Below are positions 38,140 through 48,902 of a stretch of DNA of 64,000 bases, piece by piece. How positions within the stretch are numbered: the first letter of the stretch is position 1; each line of letters starts with the position of its first letter. Both the position numbers and the translations under genes were made by a program. The notes below the pieces were generated by a model. The model made no database searches and had not been told where the DNA came from. It saw nothing but the letters and a program-made list of their open reading frames with translations. Location: positions 352,001 to 416,000 of the forward strand of contig CAWBNQ010000005.1 in assembly GCA_963790205.1 (NCBI GenBank). Direction: 5' to 3'. The stretch comes from Nitrospirota bacterium (GTDB taxonomy: Bacteria; Nitrospirota; UBA9217).

Positions 38140-39396
38140 TTATCTTCTGATCTGCCCGTTCCCGAAGACGATGAACTTGGTGGAGGTAAGTTCCTCCAGC
38201 CCCATGGGGCCGCGCGCGTGGATCCTCGTGGTGGAGATGCCGATTTCCGCGCCGAGACCGAACTCAAAGCCGTCGTTGAGCCGCGTGGATGCGTTCACGA
38301 ACACGGCCGAGGCGTCAACCTCGCGTTGAAACCTCAGGGCCTTGGCGTAATCATTGGTGACGATCGCCTCCGAATGCTGCGAACCATGCGTTGCGATATG
38401 CTCCATGGCGTCGTCCATGTTGTCAACCACCTTCACATTCAAGATCAAATCGTTATATTCCGAGTCCCAGTCTTTGTCCGTCGCTGCTTTAACTTCGGGC
38501 ACGATCGCCTTCGTTTTAGCGCAACCCCTTACCTCAACACCCGCTTTCATGAATTTACCGAGCATCGCGGGCAGAAAGGAAGAGGACAGGTCCTTGTGCA
38601 CAAGCATGGTCTCCATGGCATTGCAGGTTCCGGGCCGCTGGACCTTTGCGTTAAAGCAGATCTCTTCGGCCATTCCCGGATCGGCTTTGCAGTCGACATA
38701 GACGTGGCATACGCCCTTGTCGTGCTTGATCACGGGAATGATGGAATTTTCCGATACCATGCGGATAAGCCCCTCGCCGCCCCGGGGAATGATAAGGTCG
38801 ATGAATTGATTGAGCTTGAGCATCTCCATGACGCAGGCGCGGTCCGGGTTCTCGATAAATGAAACCGCTCCTTCCGGGATGCCGGCCTCTGCGCCGGCCC
38901 TCGAGAGCAGTGCGGCAATCGCGGTATTTGAATGTACGGCCTCGGACCCCCCGCGCAGCAGCACCCCGTTCCCGGATTTCAGGCAAAGGGCCGCCGAATC
39001 AGCGGTCACGTTCGGCCGTGATTCGTAGATAATCCCGATGAGCCCGATGGGAACGCGCATTCTGCCGACCTGCATGCCGTTCGGCCTGCGCCACATTTTG
39101 AGCACTTCACCAACGGGATCGGGCAATGCCGCCACTTCCCGCAGCCCGTCGGCCATGGCCTTGATCCTGTCCGGATTCAGGGTCAGCCGGTCGATCATGG
39201 CCTTTGACAACCCCTTTTGCTCTGCCGTTATGATGTCCTTTTTGTTCTCGGCGACGAGTTTACCGGTTTCCTTCTCAAGGCCGGCAGCCATTTTGAAAAG
39301 CGCATTATTTTTTATCTCCGTTGAGAGGTTCGCGAGCGCCCTCGATGCGGCCTTGGCCTTCTTTGCCTTGTCGAAAACATATTGTTTGATATCCAT
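38140..39396 (-). CDS. proA: Gamma-glutamyl phosphate reductase
   Basis: IYESRPNVT, IPRGG, CNAMETML, VNASTRLNDG, STTRIHARGP. Confidence 0.97.
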   Translation of the reverse strand: MDIKQYVFDKAKKAKAASRALANLSTEIKNNALFKMAAGLEKETGKLVAENKKDIITAEQKGLSKAMIDRLTLNPDRIKAMADGLREVAALPDPVGEVLKMWRRPNGMQVGRMRVPIGLIGIIYESRPNVTADSAALCLKSGNGVLLRGGSEAVHSNTAIAALLSRAGAEAGIPEGAVSFIENPDRACVMEMLKLNQFIDLIIPRGGEGLIRMVSENSIIPVIKHDKGVCHVYVDCKADPGMAEEICFNAKVQRPGTCNAMETMLVHKDLSSSFLPAMLGKFMKAGVEVRGCAKTKAIVPEVKAATDKDWDSEYNDLILNVKVVDNMDDAMEHIATHGSQHSEAIVTNDYAKALRFQREVDASAVFVNASTRLNDGFEFGLGAEIGISTTRIHARGPMGLEELTSTKFIVFGNGQIRR

Positions 39397-39492
39397 ACGT
39401 CCTCCGCTACAGAAGCTCAATGAATGAAAACTCTCTTTACCCGATTCAGACAAACGAGAGATAAATCATTTGATCGAGCAGAATTGCGCGAG

Positions 39493-40005
39493 CTACTCTT
39501 TTAACAGCTTTTGAACGTTATCCCTCAATTCCTTTTCGCCAGTGATCCCGCCGTAAATAACATTTCTTACTTTTCCGCCGGCATCGATGAGAAACATTGT
39601 AGGTAAAAACCTGACTTGATATTTCTCGCTGGCTTTGCCGTTGCGGTCGCTCAGAACAATGGGCTTGTCCACCTTCAGTTCAGTAAGCAGCGCACTTATC
39701 GTTTCAAAATCCTCTTTGACATCCACCAGCACCACCGTAACGCCTTTTGTTTTCAGTTCATCGACTAAAGAATTGATGAGAGGAAGTTCGTTCCTGCATG
39801 GTATGCACCAGGAAGCAAAAAAACTCAGAACGATGCCGTGACCGTTCTTTTTTCTCGTTGCGCCTACGGCATCACCCAGATAAAAAGTGCTCCCGGAACT
39901 GTCCGGGAGTGAAAACATCGGCGCGCTGTCATTCAGCTTCAGCCCGGCAAGTGCCGGAGACGCTATCAGAAACATCAGGATCACTGCAGTTACAGTTTTT
40001 TTCAT
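39493..40005 (-). CDS. TlpA-family thiol:disulfide oxidoreductase
   Basis: Signal peptide; FFASWCIPCRNELP, LPTMFLID. Confidence 0.88.
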   Translation of the reverse strand: MKKTVTAVILMFLIASPALAGLKLNDSAPMFSLPDSSGSTFYLGDAVGATRKKNGHGIVLSFFASWCIPCRNELPLINSLVDELKTKGVTVVLVDVKEDFETISALLTELKVDKPIVLSDRNGKASEKYQVRFLPTMFLIDAGGKVRNVIYGGITGEKELRDNVQKLLKE

Positions 40006-40039
40006 TTTCAATTTCCCAGTCTTCAAGTTACAACTCACC

Positions 40040-41185
40040 TCATAGTATGACGAGATCATCCCGGTGGATCACCTCATCGTAATCCTTGTGCCCGAGAACA
40101 GATGCTATCTGCGAGGTCTTGAGCCCTTTGATCCGGTCCAGGTCTTCTGAAGAATATTTTACCAGCCCCCTCGCAAAAACCCGGCCTGCACGGTCCACGC
40201 AGGTCACGCACTCTCCTACCTTGAAGGCGCCTTCAACCTTGACCACGCCTCCCGGTAGCAGGCTCTTGCCTTTGTTCATGAGCGCCTCGCGCCCGCCGTC
40301 GTCAACCACGACCTTACCGGCCGCGCTCACCGTGTAGGCGATCCAGTGCTTCCGGCTGTCCTGTTTCTCCGGCCGCGGCAGGAACAGCGTGCCCACTTCT
40401 CTGCCGGCGAAAAGCTCCTGGAGCAGACCTGGCTTCTCTCCGTTTATGATCACCATCGGCGTGCCGTAGGCGCCGACCTTCCTGGCGGTCATGATCTTGG
40501 AGCGCATGCCGCCCGTACCGACCGGCGTCTGCGCGTCTCCTGCCGCGCGCTCCACCTCCGCGGTGATCTTTTCCACGACGGAGACAAGTTCCGCGGACGG
40601 ATCGAGCTTGGGGTCCGCGGTGTACAGGCCGTCGATATCGGACAGGATCACAAGGAGGTCGGCATCGACAAGGTGGACCACCATCCCCGAGAGGTTGTCA
40701 TTGTCGCCGAACTTGATTTCGTCCACGGACACGGTGTCGTTTTCGTTGATGATCGGGACCACGCCGTACTCCAGCAGCGTATGAAGCGTGTTCCGTGCAT
40801 TCAGGAACCGGGTCCGGTTAGAAAGGTCCTCCCGGGTAAGCAGTACCTGGGCGACCTTCCGTCCGTGAGCGCTGAAGGTCTTCTCATACATCCACATGAG
40901 GCCCGACTGGCCTATGGCTGCCGCGGCCTGCTTGAGCGAAAGGGGCATCCCGTTCTTCTTCACGAGACCCAGTTTTGTGAGCCCCGCGGCGATCGCGCCG
41001 GAAGAAACCAGGACCACTTCACGGCCCTGATCAAGAAGCTCGGAAACCTCAGCCGCAAGCCGCCCGATGCGGGCCTCGTCGAGCCCCTTCCCAGACGGCG
41101 CGAGTACCGCGCTTCCCACCTTGATAACGATCCGGTGTCTTTTTGAGAAGAGCGCTTTGCGGTCGAATGTACTGTTTTTTTTCAT
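40040..41185 (-). CDS. proB: Glutamate 5-kinase
   Basis: IKVGS, INENDTV, FGDNDNLS, GTGGMRSK, PUA domain. Confidence 0.97.
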   Translation of the reverse strand: MKKNSTFDRKALFSKRHRIVIKVGSAVLAPSGKGLDEARIGRLAAEVSELLDQGREVVLVSSGAIAAGLTKLGLVKKNGMPLSLKQAAAAIGQSGLMWMYEKTFSAHGRKVAQVLLTREDLSNRTRFLNARNTLHTLLEYGVVPIINENDTVSVDEIKFGDNDNLSGMVVHLVDADLLVILSDIDGLYTADPKLDPSAELVSVVEKITAEVERAAGDAQTPVGTGGMRSKIMTARKVGAYGTPMVIINGEKPGLLQELFAGREVGTLFLPRPEKQDSRKHWIAYTVSAAGKVVVDDGGREALMNKGKSLLPGGVVKVEGAFKVGECVTCVDRAGRVFARGLVKYSSEDLDRIKGLKTSQIASVLGHKDYDEVIHRDDLVIL

Positions 41186-41224
41186 ACTCTGAACCCCGAG
41201 ACGGTCCCTCAGTAACGTATTGAA

Positions 41225-41809
41225 TTACTGCTTACGCCCTGCTTCGTGGCCGATGATCCACTCCACTGCTTCCATCAGGCTGGAAGCGGTAAAATCGGGA
41301 TCAGGCAGGAGTTCCGGACGCTTATTCCCGGGGTCATCAGGCGCGAAACCGCTCGCCACGAGAATGGCATGCGCTCCCGCGCGCTGGGCAAGCTCGACAT
41401 CGCTCCACTTGTCCCCCACCATATAGGAATGCCTGATGTCGATGGCACGTTCCTTCAGCGCCCTGTCGATCAGGCCCGTTTTCGGCTTTCGGCAATCACA
41501 GTCTACAGTATAGTGCGAGTTTCCGGCCTTCGGGTGATGCGGGCAATAATAAACGGCGTCGATGCGGGCGCCTTCGGATTTCAGCATCTCGAAGAGACGC
41601 TCGTGCGCCTCATGGACAAGGGACTCGGGGAAGTATCCCCTGGCCACGCCTGATTGATTGGTCACGAGAACGACCTGAAAGCCCGCCTCGTTCAGACGTC
41701 TGATTGCCGCGCCCGCGCCCGGTATCAGGCGGAGCTTGCTGAGATTGGCAAGGTAGCCGACTTCTTCATTGACCGTGCCGTCCCGGTCGAGAAATACCGC
41801 CTTGTTCAT
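41225..41809 (-). CDS. gmhB: D,D-heptose 1,7-bisphosphate phosphatase
   Basis: FLDRDGT, TNQSG, CPHHP, CDCRKP, MVGDK. Confidence 0.92.
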   Translation of the reverse strand: MNKAVFLDRDGTVNEEVGYLANLSKLRLIPGAGAAIRRLNEAGFQVVLVTNQSGVARGYFPESLVHEAHERLFEMLKSEGARIDAVYYCPHHPKAGNSHYTVDCDCRKPKTGLIDRALKERAIDIRHSYMVGDKWSDVELAQRAGAHAILVASGFAPDDPGNKRPELLPDPDFTASSLMEAVEWIIGHEAGRKQ

Positions 41810-42882
41810 ATCTTGTTTAATAATACCGCTTCCCACTCCTCGTTCTCAACTACTTTCAACTCTATCCTGAGGGCCGCGATGCCGTCGGGTGCGAGGCTCC
41901 TGAGCCGCACAGCGTCTTTTTCCGTGGTGATAATCAGGCCGATCCTTTCATCCGCCGCACGCTGTACGATTGCGGCGAGGTCCGGCCTTGTATAGACATA
42001 ATGGTCGGGGTAGTCAAGCTCCGCCTTTACTTCCGCGCCGAGCGACCGGAGCAGCGACACGAACGATGCCGGCCGCGCGATGCCGGAAAAGGCCAGCACG
42101 GCAGCGCCCTGAAGCGCCGAGAGCGGCTTCGTTTCCCCCGTCATGATGTCGACAAGGTCAGAGGGGACCTGAAAAGAAGTAAAGATTTGCGCTTCTGTGT
42201 TCTGCCTGATCACGCTTTTAAGAGGTCCCAGGTCTTTCACGCGTTCCGTGCCGGTTATGAGGACCGCATGCGCCCGCTGAAGGGCAGAGAGCGGTTCGCG
42301 CAGGATGCCTGCGGGAAATAATTTTCCGCTCCCGAAAGGGTCGATGGCATCAAGCAGCACGATGTCGAGGTCCCGCTGTACCTGCAGATGCTGGAACCCG
42401 TCGTCCAGGATAACGGTATCACTCCCGAACTTCTGAAAAGCGAACAGGGCGGCACGGAACCGGTTGCTGTCCGCGACCACCGGCACCTCAACAAGTTTCG
42501 AGCCGATCAGGACGGGTTCATCACCGCCAGTTCTAGCGTCCACGAGAACCTGTTTCCCGTCCGATACGACAACGAGGGCGGATTCATCGCTTCGTCCGTA
42601 TCCCCTGCTTATGACAACGGGGTGTTTCCTGTTCCTGCACAGCACCCCGGCTATCTGCATGACCGTCGGGGTCTTGCCGGTGCCGCCGAGGGTTATATTT
42701 CCCACGGATATGACGCGTTGCGGCAGTTTCTTTTGCTTGAAAAAAACATGTACATACAATGCGCAACGAAGACGGACCGCCAAGCCATACAATGCCGAAA
42801 GAATGCGCAAAAAGGACCCGATCCAGAGCGAATTCCTTCTGCCATACATCAGGTCTTCAATGTAGCTTTTGTCAGTTCTCAC
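41806..42882 (-). CDS. lpxK: Tetraacyldisaccharide 4'-kinase (start uncertain)
   Basis: SVGNITLGGTGKTP, SRGYG, GDEP, LDDGFQH, TTEKDAV. Confidence 0.95.
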   Translation of the reverse strand: MRTDKSYIEDLMYGRRNSLWIGSFLRILSALYGLAVRLRCALYVHVFFKQKKLPQRVISVGNITLGGTGKTPTVMQIAGVLCRNRKHPVVISRGYGRSDESALVVVSDGKQVLVDARTGGDEPVLIGSKLVEVPVVADSNRFRAALFAFQKFGSDTVILDDGFQHLQVQRDLDIVLLDAIDPFGSGKLFPAGILREPLSALQRAHAVLITGTERVKDLGPLKSVIRQNTEAQIFTSFQVPSDLVDIMTGETKPLSALQGAAVLAFSGIARPASFVSLLRSLGAEVKAELDYPDHYVYTRPDLAAIVQRAADERIGLIITTEKDAVRLRSLAPDGIAALRIELKVVENEEWEAVLLNKI

Positions 42883-44140
42883 CGATAAGCCCGCCGACTG
42901 CGTCAATCGTCCTCTTGGCAGCGCCTGAGTTGGCCTCGATCACGGTAAATGCCCTGTTCCCGATCTGTTGTGAATAATTTTTGTCCGACAAGAGTTTGTC
43001 TGCCTGAACGTAAAGCTCTTGCTTATCTTTTACCAGGATACCTCCGCCCGCCGATATAAGGGCCTCTGATATTTCTTTAAAATTGAACATATAACGGCTG
43101 AAAATTACGGGTTTTTTCATCGCAGCCGGCTCAAGAAGGTTATGGCCTCCGACCTTGACGAGGCTGCCGCCGACAAAGGCGATGTCGCAGATGGCGTAGA
43201 AAGAGCGAAGCTCCCCGATCGTATCGAGAAGGAGAACGTCTTTGATCGCCCCCTTAAGCCGGGTCCTGCGCTGACAGTCGTAGCCTGCCGTGTTGACAAG
43301 ACCCGCGACCTCGTCGAACCGTTCGGGATGCCGGGGAGCGATGATGAGAACCAGCTCGGGGAATTTTTCCCTTAATCGTCTGAACACATCGAGCAGGGCC
43401 GCCTCCTCACCGCGATGAGTACTTCCGGCGGTAATGACTTTGCTGCCGGCGTGCAGGGAGACCGGGCTGGCTTTGAGCGGCTGGATCTTTTGGTCGAATT
43501 TAAGATTTCCCGTGACAATTACCCGGTCTGAAGGAGCGCCGATGTTTTTGACTCTTTCGCCGTCTTCCCCTGACTGCATGCAGAAGAGGCTGACCTGGCC
43601 AAAGACTTGCCTGAAGAAGCTTTTGAATTTCATGTAATTCTTATAGGAAGACCCGGATATTCGTCCGTTGATCACTGCCGAGGGTATGCCGGCACGGGTC
43701 AACTCGCGGAAGAAGTTCGGCCAGAGCTCCGTTTCAGCGACCAGAACGATCACGGGGTTTATCCTCCGGATCACCTTGCGCACGATCCAGGGATAATCAA
43801 AAGGAAAAAAGAACACCGCATCCGCCTCAGGCACGCGCTGGCGCGCCGTGTAATTACCGGTAACGGTGACCGTGGAGAGAATAAGTTTCCTGCCTGGATA
43901 CTTTTTCTTGAGCTCCCTGATGAGCGGGTGGGCGGCCATCACCTCGCCGACGGACACCGCGTGCACCCAGATGGGCCGGGTACCCTGGATCACCCGCTTG
44001 ACTTTCTTGCGCACGCGCCCCAGTTTTTGAGATATACCGCCCCGGTATTTGGGTACGGTGATAAGCTTGAAGAGAATGATAGGCGACAGGAGCACCGTCA
44101 GCAGGACCAGAATTATGTTATAGAGAATATACATGGGCAC
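42872..44140 (-). CDS. waaA: Kdo transferase
   Basis: WVHAVSVGE, ETELWPN, TGNLKFD, PRHPERF, GGHNLLEP. Confidence 0.95.
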   Translation of the reverse strand: MPMYILYNIILVLLTVLLSPIILFKLITVPKYRGGISQKLGRVRKKVKRVIQGTRPIWVHAVSVGEVMAAHPLIRELKKKYPGRKLILSTVTVTGNYTARQRVPEADAVFFFPFDYPWIVRKVIRRINPVIVLVAETELWPNFFRELTRAGIPSAVINGRISGSSYKNYMKFKSFFRQVFGQVSLFCMQSGEDGERVKNIGAPSDRVIVTGNLKFDQKIQPLKASPVSLHAGSKVITAGSTHRGEEAALLDVFRRLREKFPELVLIIAPRHPERFDEVAGLVNTAGYDCQRRTRLKGAIKDVLLLDTIGELRSFYAICDIAFVGGSLVKVGGHNLLEPAAMKKPVIFSRYMFNFKEISEALISAGGGILVKDKQELYVQADKLLSDKNYSQQIGNRAFTVIEANSGAAKRTIDAVGGLIGEN

Positions 44141-44145
44141 GTCCC

Positions 44146-44793
44146 CTAAGAATCTTTCGGAAGAAAATACTCATCAGCCTCTTTCATCACCCGGTTCAGC
44201 GCGTTCGTCAGTTCTTTGCGTTTCAACTCGAGTTCCCCTTCGCTGGTATTGTGCACAAAGATGGGCTCGCCGTAAACGATGACCCCTTTCGTAAACGGAA
44301 AAGGTATCAGATATTTGTCCCAGATCTTCTCCAGTATCCAGTAACGCCTGGCGCTCGTGATAACAGGCACGATCGGCTTGTTCAGTTTTCCCGCCAGGTA
44401 GGCCACCCCCTGCTTTACTTCAAAGACGGGGCCGCGCGGACCATCTACGGCAATGGCGATGTTGCAGCCTTTTCTCAGGCCGTCAACAAGCCCCAAAAGC
44501 GCGCGGTCGCCTTTACGCTTGCTCGATCCCCGGACGACATCAAACCCGAATCTCCTCAGGATGCCAGCCTGGATCTCTCCATCCCGGCTTTCGCTGGCGG
44601 GGATCACGACGCCTGAATTACGGTGGTTATGAAAGAGCAGGAATTGCCTGCCGTGCCAGAAGGCGTAGATAAAATTTTTTCCGTCCGCCTTTAGACGAAG
44701 GGGTATCTCTTTGTTGACAAAACACGGACGAACCGACCTGCTCCAGAGCGAAATCAACGCCCAACCGATCCATGACAACAGCCTGGCTCTCAT
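44146..44793 (-). CDS. DUF374 lysophospholipid-acyltransferase-like protein
   Basis: AFWHGR, SESRDGE, VRGSS, AVDGPRGP, WDKYLIPFPF. Confidence 0.85.
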   Translation of the reverse strand: MRARLLSWIGWALISLWSRSVRPCFVNKEIPLRLKADGKNFIYAFWHGRQFLLFHNHRNSGVVIPASESRDGEIQAGILRRFGFDVVRGSSKRKGDRALLGLVDGLRKGCNIAIAVDGPRGPVFEVKQGVAYLAGKLNKPIVPVITSARRYWILEKIWDKYLIPFPFTKGVIVYGEPIFVHNTSEGELELKRKELTNALNRVMKEADEYFLPKDS

Positions 44794-46538
44794 CGAAGGG
44801 CAACCTTTGCCGGGGGCTCATCCCGGAACTGCTGATCATAGAGGTTCTTGTACTCGCCGCCCATGGCAAGAAGCTCCTCGTGCCTGCCCTGTTCCACGAT
44901 CCTGCCGCCCTTGAGCACAATGATCCGGTCCGCGTTCATGATCGTGGAGAGCCGGTGGGCAATGACGAAGCTCGTCCTGCCCTGCATGAGCGCTTCGAGG
45001 GCGTTCTGCACCTCTCGTTCGGACTCCGTATCGAGCGATGAGGTGGCTTCATCGAGAATAAGGATCGGCGCGTCTTTGAGGAGCGCGCGGGCAATGGCAA
45101 TCCGCTGGCGCTGCCCGCCCGAAAGCTTCACGCCGGATTCACCGATCACGGTATCGTAGCCTTTCGGGAGCGCGCGAATAAAGGCCTCGGCATGCGCGGC
45201 ACGCGCGGCGCGTACCACGTCCTCCAGGGATTTTTCGGCGTTGCCGTATGCTATATTATCCCGGATGGTATCATTAAAGAGGATCGTTTGCTGGGTGACG
45301 ATCGCCGTACAGGAACGAAGCGACTCGATCGTCGCATTTCGGATATCAAGCTCATCGATCAAGATCGCCCCTTCGCTGACATCGTAAAACCGCGGAATGA
45401 GGTTCACGAGCGTCGTCTTTCCGCCTCCGCTCTTCCCGACGATGGCGATGGTCTCGCCTGCGCTGACGGTGAGGTTGATGTTATTCAGAACGTTGTCGTC
45501 TTCGTACTTGAACGAAATGTTCCGGAAGGCAATGGTCTTGAAATTACGCGACACCCCCACGGCATTTCCATTGTCCTTGATCTCCGGCTGGGTGTCGAGG
45601 ACCTCGAAGATCCGTTTGGCCGCTGCGATCCCGTCCTGAACGACATTATTAATGCCGTTCAGGTCCTTCAGCGGGCGATAGAAAAAGACCAGCGCTCCGA
45701 GAAACGAAAAAAAGTCGCCCACGGTCATGATCTTCCAGACGATAATGGCATAGAGGGCATACCAGATGACAAAGGCGGTGCCGACCATGGAGATCATTTC
45801 CATGACCGGGTGGGAAAGCGCGCTCGTCTTGATGGAGCGCATGAGTGAGTTGAACAGGTCCCTGTTCCGGGCGGTAAATCTCCGGCTCTCGTAATCCTCC
45901 ATACTGAAGGCCTTGACGATCCTAACGCCGGAGATAGTCTCGTGCAAATGCATCGTGAGACCGCCGATCTGCTCCTGCATCTGCGTGCTCGCCTTGCGGA
46001 ACCGGCGGCTGAACCGGGAGAATGCGAAGCCGGCAAACGGCAGAACGATGACGGTAAAGAAGGCCAGCTTCCAGTTCAGATAAAAGATGTAGACCGTCAG
46101 CGTCAGCATCGTGCACACGCCCTGCACCAGCGTTGCCGGAGCCCGGGTCAGTGCCCCTTGCACGAGGTTCACATCGTTGACAATGCGGGAAATGATGACG
46201 CCGGTCGGTGTTTTCGTGAAATAGGAAAACGACAGAGAAGTGATATGGGAATAGAGGCGGTCTCGAATGTCATTAACGACCTTCTGACCCACGTACCCCA
46301 TGAAATAGTCGCGGGCGTACCAGGCTCCCCCCTTCAGGATGCTGACGATGATAAGCGCTGGCGGCAGCAGCAGGCCCAGTTTCATGTCATGGCCCATGAT
46401 GACCTTGTCCAGGATCGGTTTGATGAGATAGGTCTGCAGGGCGATCAGGCCGCTCGTGATCAGCATGAATACCGCTGCCCAGACAAGCCGCATCTTGTAC
46501 GGTTTTAGATAGATTAAGAGACGTCTATAAATTTCCAT
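44790..46538 (-). CDS. msbA: Lipid A flippase
   Basis: TM domain plus GKSGGGKT, LSGGQRQR, LDEATS; lies inside the lpx operon. Confidence 0.9.
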   Translation of the reverse strand: MEIYRRLLIYLKPYKMRLVWAAVFMLITSGLIALQTYLIKPILDKVIMGHDMKLGLLLPPALIIVSILKGGAWYARDYFMGYVGQKVVNDIRDRLYSHITSLSFSYFTKTPTGVIISRIVNDVNLVQGALTRAPATLVQGVCTMLTLTVYIFYLNWKLAFFTVIVLPFAGFAFSRFSRRFRKASTQMQEQIGGLTMHLHETISGVRIVKAFSMEDYESRRFTARNRDLFNSLMRSIKTSALSHPVMEMISMVGTAFVIWYALYAIIVWKIMTVGDFFSFLGALVFFYRPLKDLNGINNVVQDGIAAAKRIFEVLDTQPEIKDNGNAVGVSRNFKTIAFRNISFKYEDDNVLNNINLTVSAGETIAIVGKSGGGKTTLVNLIPRFYDVSEGAILIDELDIRNATIESLRSCTAIVTQQTILFNDTIRDNIAYGNAEKSLEDVVRAARAAHAEAFIRALPKGYDTVIGESGVKLSGGQRQRIAIARALLKDAPILILDEATSSLDTESEREVQNALEALMQGRTSFVIAHRLSTIMNADRIIVLKGGRIVEQGRHEELLAMGGEYKNLYDQQFRDEPPAKVALR

Positions 46539-46545
46539 GGTTTTA

Positions 46546-47688
46546 TTATGTCTCGCTCGTCAACAGTTCCATGACCACGGCAGCGGCCCGCGCCGATGCA
46601 CCGGCCTCTCCCAGTTGCGCCCGCACGCAGGCGAGACCGTCGGCCACTTCTTTATAGTAAACAGGATCGCTCAGCATCTTCGTGACAGCGTCCGCCATGT
46701 TCTCAGGCGTTGAATCATCCTGGACCAGCTCGGGAACTATCCGCTTTCCCGCAACGATGTTCACCAAGCCGACATTCTTCACGCCGCGTACGAGCTTGGT
46801 GAGAATAAAGTAATTGAGCGCCGATATGCGGTATGCGATCACCATCGGCAGGGCCATAAGCCCTGTTTCGAGCGTCGCTGTACCGGACGCGACGATGGCC
46901 GCGTCCGACGCCTTGAGGACATCGTACGTCCTTCCCTCGACCATCCGCACCGGAACACCTCCCTGTTCGACAAAGGAGCGGACAACGTCGCGGTCCACGG
47001 TCGGCGCCACGGGAAGGAGGAACTGCAGGTCCTGGAACCGGGACCGGAGGATCCTTGCCGCTTTCAGCATGTCCGGCAGAAGATGGATGATCTCCGATTT
47101 TCTGCTGCCGGGAAGCAGCGCAATGGTGCGCCGCGCGGGTTCGAGACCCAAATCCTGCCTTGCCTGCCCTGGAGTGAGGTGCGATCGAACTACATCCGTA
47201 AGCGGGTGTCCGACGAACCGGACATCAACGCCTGCTTTCTCGTACAGAGGGACCTCGAAAGGAAAAACAACGATCATGGCCTTCACCATTCCGGCAATCG
47301 TCTTGATCCTGCCTTTTCGCCACACCCATACCTGCGGGCTGATGTAATAGAGCACCGGTATGCCGAGCTTCCGGGCGGCCCTCCCCAATCTGATGTTGAA
47401 GTCCGGAAAATCGATCAGAACGAGAATGTCCGGCCGCTCGTCCTTCAGAAACCGTTTCAGTTTTGTAAAAACCCGGTAGATCGCGCCGATATGAGTCAGT
47501 ACTGCCGTGATGCCGACAACGGAGATCTCCGAAGCATCGGCCAGCATCCGGACGCCGGCCTCTCTCATCTGCTTGCTTCCGACGCCGTACAGGGCTATTG
47601 ATGGGTCCTGCTTCCGGATCTCACGCGCGAGGCTCGCGCCGTGAAGGTCGCCGGAGGCTTCGCCGGACATGATCAGGACCTTCTTCAT
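46546..47688 (-). CDS. lpxB: Lipid A disaccharide synthase
   Basis: GEASGDLHG, IDFPDFN, SPQVWVWR, LLPGSR, SGTATLE. Confidence 0.96.
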   Translation of the reverse strand: MKKVLIMSGEASGDLHGASLAREIRKQDPSIALYGVGSKQMREAGVRMLADASEISVVGITAVLTHIGAIYRVFTKLKRFLKDERPDILVLIDFPDFNIRLGRAARKLGIPVLYYISPQVWVWRKGRIKTIAGMVKAMIVVFPFEVPLYEKAGVDVRFVGHPLTDVVRSHLTPGQARQDLGLEPARRTIALLPGSRKSEIIHLLPDMLKAARILRSRFQDLQFLLPVAPTVDRDVVRSFVEQGGVPVRMVEGRTYDVLKASDAAIVASGTATLETGLMALPMVIAYRISALNYFILTKLVRGVKNVGLVNIVAGKRIVPELVQDDSTPENMADAVTKMLSDPVYYKEVADGLACVRAQLGEAGASARAAAVVMELLTSET

Positions 47689-47728
47689 GCTCAAATCAAC
47701 CCCGCATTGTCCATGCCGTCATATTCAT

Positions 47729-48829
47729 TTAGAGCGCCTGCTTAACAGCGTCAGCGACTTCTTGAATCTGCCCTTCCATCAGCTCGGGATACATGGGAAG
47801 CGACAGCACCTCCTGCGCGGCCTTTTCGGCTTGCGGCAGGCTCCCGGCCCTCATGGCGAGGTCTTTGTAGGCAGCCTGGAGATGTAATGGGACGGGATAA
47901 TAGATCATGGACGAGGTTGCATTGCCCGCGTCGAGCTTCTTTTTTACATTGTCCCGGTCCTTGATCCTGATCGTGTACTGGTGGAAAACATGCTTCGTAC
48001 CGTCCTGCTCGGACGGCGTTTTGATTCCGCTGTTGGCAAAATAGTTATTATACAGCAAGGCATTCTTCCCGCGTTTTGCGTTATATTCATCGATATGCCG
48101 AAGTTTGACCCGGAGGACCGCTGCCTGGATCTCGTCCAGCCTGCTGTTGAAGCCTACCTCGTCATGGTAATAACGAACATGGCTCCCGTGGTTTCTGAGG
48201 CTCCGGAGACGTTCGCTCAATTCTGCATCGTCGGTGATCACCATGCCGCCGTCGCCGTATCCCCCGAGGTTCTTGCTCGGGAAAAAACTGAAACAGCCGA
48301 GGTCCCCGAAGGCTCCGGTCTTCTTCCCGCGGAATTCCGCGCCAAAGGACTGGGCGCAATCCTCAATGACCTTGAGGCCGCGCTTGTTCGCAATATGCAT
48401 GAGCCCATCCATGTCCACGGGCTGCCCGTAAAGATGAACGGGGATGATCGCCTTCGTTCTTTTTGTGATCGCCGCTTCTATCCGCGCGATATCCATGTTG
48501 AAGGTAGCGGGATCGATATCCACAAAGACCGGAACAGCGCCGATGTAAGACGCTGCCTCAGCCGTTGCAATGAACGTAAACGGCGTAGTAATGACCTCGT
48601 CACCCCGGCTGACCCCTGCGGCAAGCAGGGCGAGGTGCAGGGCGTCGGTACCGGAAGCTACGGCCACGGCATGCTTCACGCCATGGTACGCCGCCACCTC
48701 CTGTTCGAGCGCCATGCCGTGCGGCCCAAGGATAAAGTGCGAGCTCTGAATCACCCCAAGGACGGCGCTGTTGATCTCTTCTTTGATGGCTTCATACTGA
48801 ATTTTAAGATCTACCATGGGTACCGGCAT
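47729..48829 (-). CDS. gnnB: DegT/DnrJ PLP aminotransferase, GnnB-like
   Basis: SGTDAL, VHLYGQ, EDCAQ, SFFPSKNLG, NSRLDEIQA; between lpxA/lpxI and lpxB. Confidence 0.8.
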   Translation of the reverse strand: MPVPMVDLKIQYEAIKEEINSAVLGVIQSSHFILGPHGMALEQEVAAYHGVKHAVAVASGTDALHLALLAAGVSRGDEVITTPFTFIATAEAASYIGAVPVFVDIDPATFNMDIARIEAAITKRTKAIIPVHLYGQPVDMDGLMHIANKRGLKVIEDCAQSFGAEFRGKKTGAFGDLGCFSFFPSKNLGGYGDGGMVITDDAELSERLRSLRNHGSHVRYYHDEVGFNSRLDEIQAAVLRVKLRHIDEYNAKRGKNALLYNNYFANSGIKTPSEQDGTKHVFHQYTIRIKDRDNVKKKLDAGNATSSMIYYPVPLHLQAAYKDLAMRAGSLPQAEKAAQEVLSLPMYPELMEGQIQEVADAVKQAL

Positions 48830-48902
48830 GCGTAAAAAACTCCCCTCAAATAAATCTAACTTCGAAAAATCTTAGCCAGATATAGCGATCGTCATGCGCC
48901 GT

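Noticed and set aside
38007..38267. N-terminal extension of NadD in the ORF track
   Set aside because: It overlaps proA and a repeat tract; a TTG start with GGAGG at 38006 fits normal NadD length.
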